A stretch of DNA of 64,000 nucleotides, from NCBI RefSeq assembly GCF_020745735.1, contig NC_083435.1, forward strand, positions 13,113,201-13,177,200, written 5' to 3'. Positions within the stretch are counted from its first letter, which is position 1. Every line of letters begins with the position of its first letter. The position numbers were made by a program, and so were the translations under genes. The notes below the pieces were generated by a model, which was not told the origin of the DNA, did not search any database, and saw nothing but the letters and a program-made list of their open reading frames with translations. The DNA is from Hemiscyllium ocellatum (taxonomy: Eukaryota). This document shows, piece after piece, positions 39,001-51,000 of this stretch.

Positions 39001-42000
39001 TACACAGGGTTAGGGTTGGCCTGCGATGATTGATTGTAGAACCCTGCGTCCTGTGTAATATATGTATCCCCGCCCCTTGGAGTGTTTGGACATGCGCTGC
39101 ACAGAGGTTGGGGCGGAGAGAAAGGTGCGAACCCTGCAATCTGTGTAATGCAGTGACCTCCCGTTGTTGGCGGCTGGGAGGTATGCATTATACAGGCTTC
39201 GGGCTGGGCCTTGATGGTCTGTATGATTGGTTTCCGATCCCCATAGCCTGCAGAGTAAATAAACTGCTACTTGATAACGTTGCAGGATGTCCGTTATCCA
39301 AGGTCTGGGGTGCGAATCTGGCTGACTCTATGGGTAGACATGCTGCCTTGTTGCTGTGCAATTTTTTTTTCTCGGCAGGGTTTATTTGATTAATTTGCAA
39401 ACCTGGGATTCTGTCCAGTTGCTTTCTCTTTAGCTCAATAAAAGTGCAATTTTTATGTTGTAGGTGGTGTATTATCATTTTTGTAGCCATGTTAAAATGC
39501 TTGAAAATTTACTTGTCCGGATAATGCATACCTCTTTTCAGTTCTCTTTATCAACCTTGAAGATCGTTCAGAGGAAATGCTGCATTTTAATCTACCTTTT
39601 CAATTATGTATTGGGTCAAATGGTTAAGTTGCATACAAAGTTTTATGTGGGCAGATAGCCTTTTTCTGAGCGGCTGAAGGAAGGAGGGAGGGGAGTAGGT
39701 CAGACTTAGCACTGTTGATTGGCAAAGGTAGCAAGATTTGGTGTCAGAGGAGAACTGACAGAAGGCCATCCCAGCTGTAATGCATTCTCATGCTAAATAG
39801 ACTGCTTCCTACATGTGTCAAGTTGGAGATTTAAGCCCAGTGAGGAATGAACATTTTCAATAGGTGATATGTGTTGTGTTATCAGGGCACTCAACTAATT
39901 TGCAGCACAGAAGATGGTTCTATATGGAGATATGTTTCTGCCAATCATTCTTTTCAGACAATAAGTTGCAGGACCCTTTCCCACCTGATGCCCCCTTGGT
40001 GAAAAAGTACACTTCAAATCCCCTTTTACCTTTCTACTTATTCGTTTAGAAGCATAGTGTTTGGTTGTTGATTTCTCTGAAGAAAGTGGATCCTTCCTAT
40101 CCATACGATCTATGGTCCTCATCATTGTTTACACTTCAATCAAATTTCCACTCAACCTCCTTTGTCCCAGAGAAAACACTCTCTGCCAACATTCCCACTA
40201 AACTGTACAACTGCTCTGATGTGTAAACACATTGATTGTATGCTAATGCCATTTCCAATGTTAACTTTCGGTTTCAAAGGCTTGCACAAAAATAAACAGA
40301 ATTAGAAAGAATGTAGCCGCCAGACTGTCTGACCTTTCCTCATTGCTAAACTTTGCCACTCCCAGCAACTTCTGTGAACTTCCTCTATGCCATCTTTAGT
40401 GCTCTTAAAGGCTTTTTGGAAATACAGATAATTTACATTGCTACAACACCACCACCTACTTTGCTACCTCCTCAAAAAGCACAATAATGTTGGTCAAGCA
40501 AGATCTTTACTTTTGAAATCAATGCTGACATATCATTACTTTCCAATTCATTGTCACAGTACATTAGCTATTTATTAGTCCTCTGGTGCACCTTTTTTCC
40601 TAATTACATTTTTTAAAAAAGTGTAAAGTTCCTTCTTCCCCAGCTTAATCCTTGACCAAGCGAGGAACTGATTTTAAAATAAGTGTTATTCCATCTGAGG
40701 GACCTGTCCTACCACTGTCAGGGATCTGTTCTTTCTGTTCCTCTACACTTCTCAGTATCCTGACATCTATTGTATATTCCTTCATCTTTTACTTCCCAAA
40801 TGTGTTGCTTAGCTGTAGATTGTATTCTGCATGCCAAGTCCTGGTGCTGATGTTGGAAGTGTAAAGTGTTGCAAAGACCAAATCAGCTCCCAAGGCTTTT
40901 GCCAATATTGTTAAGCAGTGGGATGAAGGACTTGTGTTGATTACTAGGTTACATGGTTACTAGGTGACAAATTGGTGCAGCTTATATTGATGGGCAATTT
41001 GACAAATTATTTCCAAAATTGGCTTTTTGGCAGGAAGAAGAGGGTGGTGATTGAAGGCTGTTTTGTGACTGAAAGCCTGTGTCTGGAAACTTACCATAGG
41101 GTTCGGTGCTCACTCCTTTGCTGTTTGTTTTGATGATCTAATGATCTAGACGTGAATGGAGGACATATGAACAGTAAGTCCGCATATTACACAAAAAATT
41201 GGGTTTGGGAAATAGCCAGGAGGAAATCCATGGATTACATGATTACAGGTGGGCTAAATTTAATCCTGAAAGGCATGAGGTAAAGCATTTTGAGAGTACT
41301 AACAAATAAGGGCGTTCACATTGGATGGCAGGAACATGGGAAGTACAGAAGATCAGAAGGACCTTGGTGTGCATGTCCATAATCCATAAAGATAGCAGTG
41401 TAGGGTGATAAAGTGGTTAATACTGCAAATGGGATACTTGCCTTTATTAGTTAAGGTATTGAATACAAGAGCAAGGAGGTTATGATGGAACTGTTTGTAA
41501 TGTTTGTTCGGCCACAGCTTTTTTTTCAGTTTTTAGTTCTGTTGTTGCACCAAGGGAAGGATGTTACTGCACTCGAGAGGGTGCAGGAAGTTGCTTGGGT
41601 TGTGTGATTCAGCTATGAAGAGATAAACTGGGCTTGTTTTCCTTAAAGCAGCAAAATAGTTAAAACGTATAGGGCTGGAAAAGCACAGCAGGTCAGACAT
41701 CATCCAAGGAGCAGGAGAGTCAACGTTTTGGGCATTAGCCCTTCATCAGGAATGATGAAGGCTAATTCCTGATGAAGGGCTAATACCCAAAATGTCGACT
41801 CTCCTGCTGTTCAGATGGTGCCTGACCTGCTGTGCTTTTTTTTTCAGTGCCACGGTTTTCGACTCTGACTCTCCAGCCTATGCAGTCCTCAAATTCTCCT
41901 AAGGCTGAGAAGAAATTTGATTGAGGTAAACAAAGTTATGAGAGACATGCAGCAGATAGGGAGAAATGTTGCCCCTTTGAGGGGCTAAAAACCAAGGGGC

Positions 42001-45000
42001 AATAAAAGCAGGACATTTAAAGGGGATTTGAGGAAATCCTTCTTTACTCACAGGATTGTGGGTATCTGGAACTTGCTGCTCAAAAGTATGGTAGAGGCAA
42101 GGCGCGTTAAGACATTTTAGAAGTACTTATATGAATACTAGAAATGCCATAACACACAAGTCCGCAGGCAATACGTTCAAAAGTGAGATTAGAGAAGATG
42201 GATGTTTGGTTACTAGCACTGACATCGTGAGCCAAAGGGCCTTCTTTCCATGCTCCAAAACTTTAACTCTATATCCAGCCAGGTGGTGTTGGTTCAGTGA
42301 AACCAAATCTGCCAGTATCCTTGTTGACTCAATCAAAACTAATCATCCTTTCAAAGGCTTCTGTTGGGTCACCCTCTAGCATATCCTTTCCTGACGTGTA
42401 CCCACACAATTCAGTTTCCATCTTTAATAATCTCTCCCTTTTCTCCAGTACTTACTACACTCTTTTTATAATAAAGTACCAGAACTGCATATAGTACTCT
42501 TAAGTGTGGTGTAATCAGGGTTCGATACTTGTTCAGCATAACTTATCTTTTCAGTTCAGAACTAGGGGCCATACATATAAGACAGTTACTAATACATCCA
42601 GAATTCAACCAGGTTTATTCAAAACCACAAGCTTTTGGAGCATTTCTCCTTCGTCAGGAAACTGATGAAAGAGCAGCGCTTCGCAAGCTTGTGATTTTAA
42701 ATCAACCTGTTGTTGATAACCTGGTGTTGTATGACTTCTGACTTTGTCTACCCCAGTCCAACACCAGCACCTACACATTTAAAAATTCCAATTGTGAATT
42801 CGGGAAGCAGGTTTTTTGAGCAGTGTATGGTAGAATGTGGGACTCACTACCCTGGAGAGCAATTGAGAACTATCGTAGCTGCCTTTTAAGGGAAAACTGG
42901 ATGACCGCATGAAGAAGGAAAAGAAGGACGTGTTACTATACGGAAGTCGAATCCCTCTATTAATTAAACCAAACACCCAAAAAAGCTGGCCTTGGCTTGT
43001 AATCTGCTAAAATATGAGTGACAGAAAACTCCTAAATTCCGCTATTTAAATAAAAATAGCAATTTATTTTCTTAACGCTTTTAGTGAACACTAAACAACA
43101 ACTATTCTCAAATCCAAGCCCCCCACTTTTCTTAATTGCTTACTATTTGACCCCACTTTGTAAAACAAAGTATGCTGTTCCAATTACATACTTATTAAAC
43201 ATTACAGTAACTTAATCTCAAGACCATACAATCTCTGATTTTCTGCTGTCTTTAGTCTTCTGGCTGCTGATCTCCCTGGGTCTAATTTTTTTTTACTGTG
43301 AATAGGTTTGACATGCAAAGGCACCTTTGTGAGAGAGTGTTTTCTAATTCCTTTGAAAGCAGGATGTTAGATGGGCTGTTAGCTCTCCTGCTTTGGTCAA
43401 TGGCAGTTGTTGGATTACTGGTGCTAGAAAAGCACAGCAGTTCAGGCAGCATCCGAGGAGCAGTAAAATCGACTTTTCGGGCAAAAGCTCTTCATCAGGA
43501 ATATTGCCCGAAACGTCGATTTTACTGCTCCTCGGATGCTGCCAAAACTGCTGTGCTTTTCCAGCACCACTAATCCAGAATCTGGTTTCCAGCATTTGCA
43601 GTCATTGTTTTTACCAATGACAGTTCTCTCTCCAATGGCAGCTGCTGTCTGACCAATTTTCTAAATACCCGCATGTTTAATGCCCCCCATGACACATTAA
43701 ATTCCTATAATTTGATTGATTTCCAGGTGTCAAGATAATAAATTCAAACTCGATTGGGTTTAGTATCCTGGACATAACTTAAACTGAGTAGTTAAATTCA
43801 AATTGTTGTCAAAACAGCAACCAAAACTCAAGTATCCATTTAACAGCCATTTGTGTGTATTTATTTTGGAACAGCTTGTCTCCCAGCCTTTCCTTGAGCC
43901 TGCACTTTTAAGTTTAGTTCAAAATTCAGAAAATACTTTGTATTTTAAAACGAACGTACGTGCTTTCGACTTTGTAACAGATGCAGTGATAGGGTGGGTT
44001 GAAGAGGGTCATGTGGAGCCTCAACTAGATGGACTGATCCATCTGTTCCTGTACTGTAAGTACCCCTTTTGTTACAATCCCACAATTGAGAAATCAATTG
44101 AAAGCAATGCTTTTTTATTGTCAGTGAAGCTAATGGTCGAGCACCTGCTGCTCCTCAGCTTGTGTTGTAAACTTTTCACCATGTCTGATGGTCTAGGACA
44201 GGCCTTAGCTCAAAACAGAAGGCGCTGTTTCTCCTTGATGGTATGGTGAGTCCAATCAACAGCTTTCATCGCTTCCCTCTCCATACTGTTCCTCGCCTTG
44301 TGCCTCAACCTCAGCGCTCTGTGACACTCTTCTGATGGAAAGCAGGGACGTGTGGAATGCAGAAAGATGGAGATTTCTTTTTGGGGCGAAAATAAAAAAG
44401 CCTCGGAGAAATTGCCAACTCCTCAACCCTATAGGACGCTTCCTGTTTTGCTGTGAGGCTTGGTGGTAGGGATCTGTCGGACATGTTGAGGTAGGGCCAT
44501 CGAATCAATATATTTCTCTTGGAACGTCCTGAGTTGTTTTGCTTTCCTTTTCACAGGTGGTGGCTAACAGCCCGGTTGAAGTTGCAGCAGAACCAACGCT
44601 CCTGGTGTTGGACACAAGCCCCAGCTGTGAACTCGTCCAAGGTAAGATTACAGATTCAAAACGAACTGTTGTTCTGTCAGCAAAGGACACAGCAATACGG
44701 CATAGAGTGCAGAGAGAGGGAGGACACAATAATTTGCTTCTGGGGGTCCTCATGCTGGGTAGGGTCGCTGGCCAGTACAGTGGTAAGGAGAGAACTTCCT
44801 GAGTGGTGTCTTGGGATCTTTTGTTCTCTTCCTAGTCAAGTCAAAGGGCTGAGAGATAGATAGCGGATGTAATTTAATATAGGGAAATGAAAAGTCAGTG
44901 AGATTGGATGGAAGCCGGGTGAGTCTGCATGCGGCAGGAACCTATCTAATGTAAAGTAGCAGGAGAGAGACCTAGGTTTGGGTCATGCTGTTGATGTGGT

Positions 45001-48000
45001 TTCTTCAGTCAGTAGCTGTGCCTTTGCAGATAAGGTTGGAATGACAGGCTTTGGGGGCAGTGATCTGAGGTAGGAGTGACGTCTAAGGAACGTGGGGAGA
45101 GTAGTGAGTGGTGCTCTGGTCAGTCTGAGGAGAGAATGAACATGGAAGGTCTGTGGAAGGGATGAGGTCTAGTGAGAAAGGAAGTGGAGAGATTCTAAGG
45201 CAGGAGCAAGGGACTGCTAAACAGCAGAAGCAACATGTGAAAGGCAGCTAAGTGAACCTACAACAAATGGAATCAGATCTGAAATCTCCAGTCCTGCCAT
45301 ATCTCGTTAAGAATTATAGCAGACAACTAAATGACTTTCAGGATGAGGAAGCTCCACAAATATCCCCATCTTAGAATCATAGGATCCTGATAGTGTGGAA
45401 GCATGCCATTCAGCCCACCGAGTCCCAACCCACCCAAAGAGTATCCCACCCAGACCCTACTCTATCCCTGTAACCCCACAATTCCCATGGCTGATTCCTA
45501 GCCTGCACATTCTTGGACACTGAGCAATTTGCATGGCCAGTCCACCTAACCTACACATCTCCGGACTATGGCAGGAAACCAGAACACCCGGAGGAAACCC
45601 ACACAGACACCGGGAGAATGTGCAAACTCCACGCAGGCAGTTGCCCGAAGTTGGAATCGAACCCGGATCCCTGGCACTGTGCAGCATTGGTGTGAATTGC
45701 TGAACCGCTGTGCTGCCAATGTGTTCAGTGTTGGGAAAGTGCATCAGTGCAAAAGATAAAACTGAAGTATTTGCACTCATCTTCAGCCAAAAGTTCAAAC
45801 TGGCCGCTCCATCTCTGCCTCATCTAATTATAATTGCTGCATTATTAGTGGTCATGCCTTTACCTGCCCATGCCTGAGCTCTGGAACTGCCCTCCTAACC
45901 CACTCAAATTTCCTTTCTCCTTGTCTTTTATTCTTTAAGCCTGCATCATTTACCAAGCTTTTTGTCATCTGGCCTTGTATTTTGTGATCAGTTTTGTCAT
46001 CTTTATTCTATATATTGTCGTTGGAAAACTGTAGAACCGTCTTTCTGTCACTCATGAATAGACAGCATACACATAAACTGAGATGTTATACTATGGAAAG
46101 GTTGGGAAGGACAACAGGCCTATTGTCCAGGACAGAAAGGGAAGAATGACCTGATGGAGGGCTTTAAAACTATGGAAATGTTCACCTGGGTAGATTTGGG
46201 AAGATAGTTTCCACGTACGGAGAAGACGAAAACTAGGGGCCATGAGTGTAAGCGAGTCACTAATAAATCTAGGAGTCAATTCAGGAGAACCTACGGTGTG
46301 GGTCGAATGTGGAAAGCACAACTGCAGGGATAGTATGCATTTAAAGAGAAGTGGGATAAACACTTTGAGAGAGAAAGGAATTGAGAGATTCCTTGATGGA
46401 ATGAGATGAATTAGTGTGGAAGGAATCTTGTGTGGAACATGAACAACTGCACAAACCAGTTAGGCCGACCAGCCTCTTTGACTTGTAAATGCTTTCTAAT
46501 GTTTTATAATTAGAGGAAAATAGGAATAGGAGTAGGCCATTTGGCCCTTTGAGTCTGCTGTACCATTGTGGGCGGCACGGTGGCACAGTGGTTAGCACTG
46601 CTGCCTCACAGTGCCTGAGACCCGGGTTCAATTCCCGACTCAGGCGACTGACTGTGTGGAGTTTGCACGTTCTCCCCGTGTCTGCGTGGGTTTCCTCCGG
46701 GTGCTCTGGTTTCCTCCCACAGTCACAAAGATGTGCGGGTCAGGTGAATTGGCCATGCTAAATTGCCCGTAGCGTTAGGTAAGGGGTAATATGTAGGGGT
46801 ATGGGTGGGTTGCGCTTCGGCGGGTCGGTGTGGACTTGTTGGGCCGAAGGGCCTGTTTCCACACTGTAAGTAATCTAATCTAATCTAAAAAATTGATAAT
46901 ACTCATGCCTAATTGTCCAAATCAGTGCCCTGTTTCTGCTTTCACCCCATACCCTTTGAAACCTTTTGCACGTTTGAACAATTCAGTAATGGTGCAGTGT
47001 CAGTGCAGGCTGGTAATCCAACTGCCCAGGTAGGTACCCTGGGAACAGTAGTTCAAATACCAACAATTAATAATCTGAAATTGAAAGAAGAGCATGAAAC
47101 TTGTTGATGTGCATTTAGCTGGTCAACAGTGTGTTCTTATTCAGACATTCCCCAATTTATAAATGCTCATACTCGCGAGCGAGATCCGATATTAATATTA
47201 ATTTTAAAAAGCCAATGCACAACGATTTTCTCATACTTATGAAGGTTATTTTATCTTGTATTGTGTTCAGACTTGCGTACAAATCGACTTATGAGCATAC
47301 TCCAGAACGGAAGTCATTCATGACTTGGGGATTGTCTGTAGAACCAGGATGTCCACCTTGATGTTCTCAAGCTCTGTGACACAGTTGAGCATGCGATGAG
47401 AGGAATGTACCCTGGGAAATAGACATCATGTGGTTTTTATTTTGCAGGGATCGACGACGAGCCAGGGTTGGCCACCGAGAAAACGGGGCAGGTGCCAAAT
47501 CCTGTGGCAGGCAGCGGAAACACAATGGGTAACATCACTTTACAGAACAATAGCAGGGAGCTGCCGTGCCCTGGGACCAGCCAAGAGATTGTGGTGAAGA
47601 CCCCCGATCCTGAGACTGTGGTGGTGCCGGGCCTGTTAGGGGAAGGGACGGGAAGCATTGAGCAGCAGTGCAAATCGAGCGAGCCCTTCCTGGCCTCAGA
47701 GTGCCCTTCGCCTGATGCTGTGGCTGCTAGTCGCCCAGTTTCTCAAACTGGAGCTCCTTCTGCCAAAAGTCTTGCAGGTAAACCCCGTACAAGTTCGCCC
47801 TCCCTCCCTGATGGTGAGTCATAGAGCACGAAAACAGACCCTTTGGTCCTACCTGAGAATTCTGGGTAATCCAAGATGGCGGATGGGAAAAAGAAACTGT
47901 AGCTGTCAGAGCTGATCCATTTTTGAAGTATTTTAGGTATTGGAGGGATTTCCTCGAATTCCAGGAGCAGCAATTACTGTTTTATGTGCTGTTGCATTGT

Positions 48001-51000
48001 TTTGGAACTTTGGGAGAAAATAGATTAAAACAATGACGCTTTTGAAAGGACGAAGACAGACAAAAGGCAGCGACCACATGGTCAGTGAGGGAGAGAGAGA
48101 AAGAAACCGACACTGCTGACTGACACAGCAGAGAATCTGCACAGTTACTGCTTTTGCTGTTTGAGTTCATGTATCTGTGGACATTGGAGTGCATCCAGAA
48201 AAAATAACAAACAACAAAATTCATAGCTGACCTTGCAGGAACCTGTGTAGGAGAGCTGACAGCACAGGAACAGAAAAGTGCATTTTTTTAAACATGTAAA
48301 CTTTGCTGCAAGTCCACAGTAGTGAGTAGAATGGGTTCTTTCTTATTATATGTTTTACTGAGATCTGTGCCTTGGTTAAATTTTAAAAATATATACCCTA
48401 AGTACTAAGGTAGCCTGGAGCTCTGTTTTTTTGGAGTAGGAAGACCACTCTATTTTCTGGGTGTGTAGATTGTGAAGTAGCAAAGATGGCCTTTAGTAGA
48501 GTGATGTGTCGGATATGGGAGTTTAGGTAGAGTTTCCATGTTACTGATGATTATGTCAGCAGGAAGTGTCTTTGGTTGCAAATCCTAGCAGGTCGCACCA
48601 ATCGTTTGGAACAGCAGTTACAGGCAATGAGGAATTTACAAGAGCCAAGAGGTGTGATGCATGGCAGTTATAGAAAGGGGGGAAAAGCTGCAGATACAGC
48701 TGAACTCTAGGAAAGGTGGGAGGGGTAGGCAGGTAGTGCAGGAATCTTCTGTGACTATCCCCATTCAAACAAGTATGCTATTTTTGGAAAATGTAGGGCT
48801 CTCGGGGGCAAGTAGCATGAACAGTGAAGTTTCTCTTATCAAGACTGGCTCTAACGTATTGAGAGTACATTGCATTCCAAGCGATCAATTGTGATAGAGG
48901 GCTCTGTAGTCAGAGGCACAGACAGATGTTTCTGCGGCCAGCAACAAAAAAATCAGAAATATGTGTTGCCTCCCTGGTGCCAGGATCAAGGATACCTAGG
49001 AGACGGTGCACTATGTTCTTGAAGGAGAGAGGGACCAGCACGAGGTCATTGTACACATTGGAACTTAGGAAGGACAAGGATGACATTCTGAAGGGAGAAT
49101 ATAGAAAGTTAGGCAGGAATTTAAAAAGGAGGTCCTCGAGGGTAGTACTATCTGGATTACTCGTGGTGTTACGAGCAAGTGAAGGTAGAAATAAAAGGAT
49201 AGAGCAGTTGAATGCATGGCTTAGGAGCTGGTGCAGGGAAGAAAGGTTCAAATTTGTGGATCATTGGTATTTCTTCTGGGGGAGAAGTGACCTATACAAG
49301 AAGGACAGATTGCACCTGAATTTAGAAGGGGACTAATATACTGGCATTGGAGATTTGCTCGAGCTGCTCAGGAGGATTTAAATTAGTAAGGTGGAGGGGT
49401 TGGGACCCAGGGAGATGGTGAGGAAAGAGATCAATCTGAGACTGGTACAGTTGGGAAAAGGAACAGTCAGGGCAGACAGCAACAAAGCAGAGAACAAGAT
49501 AGGACTGATAAATTAATCTGCATTTATTTCAGTGCAAGATGCCTAACAGAGAAGGCAAATGAACCCAGGACACAGTTATGAACATGCAACTGGGATATCA
49601 TAGCAATTACAGAGATGTGGTTCAAGGAATGACAGGACTGGTAGCTTAATGTTCCAGGATACAAATGCTACAGGAATGATAGAATGTGGGGCAAGAAAGG
49701 AGGGCGAATGGTGTTTCTGATAAGGGATTTTTATTGTTCTTAAGGAGGATATTCCTGGGAATGCATCCAGGGAAGTTATTTGGTTGGAACTGAGAAATAA
49801 GAAAGGGATGATCACCTAATTGGGATTGTTTTATAGACCACTAATAGACGGCTGGAAATTGAGAAACCAATTTGTAAGGAGATTTCAATTATCTGTAAGA
49901 ATAACAGGGTGGTTATGGTAGGGGATCTTAACTTTTCAAACATAGACTGGGACTGCCGTAATGTTAAGGGTTAAGATGGGGAGGAATTTGTTAAATGTGT
50001 ATCAGAAAATTTTCTGATTTGGTATGTGGATGTACCTACGAGAAAAGGTGCAAAACTTGACCTACTCTTGGGAAATAAGGCAGTGCAGGTGACTGAGGTG
50101 TCATTGGGGGAGCACTTTGGGGCCAGCGACCATAATTCTTTTATATTTAAAATAATGATGGAAAAGGATAGACCAGATCTAAAAGGTGAAGTTCTAAACT
50201 GGAGAAAGGCCAATTTTGATGGTATTCGGCAAGAACTTTCGAAAGCTGATTGGGGGCAGATGTTTGCAGGTAAAGGGATGGCTGGAAAATGGGAAGCCTT
50301 CAGAACTGAGATAACGAGAATACAGAGACAGTATATTCCAGTGAGGGTGAAAGGAAAGGCTGGTAGATATAGGGAATGCTGGATGATGAGAGAAATTGGG
50401 GGTTGGTTAAGAAAAAAGGAGGAAGCATATGTCAGGTATAGACAGCAGAGATCAAGTGAATCCTTAGAGTATAAAGACAGTAGGAATATACTGAAGAAGG
50501 AAATCGGGAGGGCAAAAAGGGAGCATGAGATAGCTTTGGCAAATGGGATTAAGGAGAATCCAAACGGATTTCATAAATACACTAAGGACAAGAGGGTAAG
50601 TAGGGATAGAATAGGGCCCCTCAAAGATCAGCAAGGTAGCCTATGTGTAGAGCTGCAGGAGATGGGGGAGATACTAAGCAAGTATTTTGCATCCATGTTT
50701 ACTGTGGAGAAGAACACGGGAGATTATAGAATGTGGGAGGTAAATGGTGACATCTTGAAAAATGTCTGTATTACAGAGGAGGAGGTGCTTGAAATGCATT
50801 AAAGTCGTGATCAGGTATACCCTAGAACTCTGTGGGAAGCTAGAGAAGTAATTACTGGGCCCCTTGCTTGGATACTGGTATAATCGATAATCACAGATGA
50901 GGTGCTGGAAGACTGGAGGTTGGCGAGCATGGTGGCACTATTTAAGACAGGTGGTAAGAACAAGCCAAGGAACTATAGACTGGTGAGCCCGACATCGGTG

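Noticed and set aside
46570-46640. tRNA gene
   Set aside because: The A and B boxes are the tRNA-derived head of a SINE, followed by the V-domain and tail.
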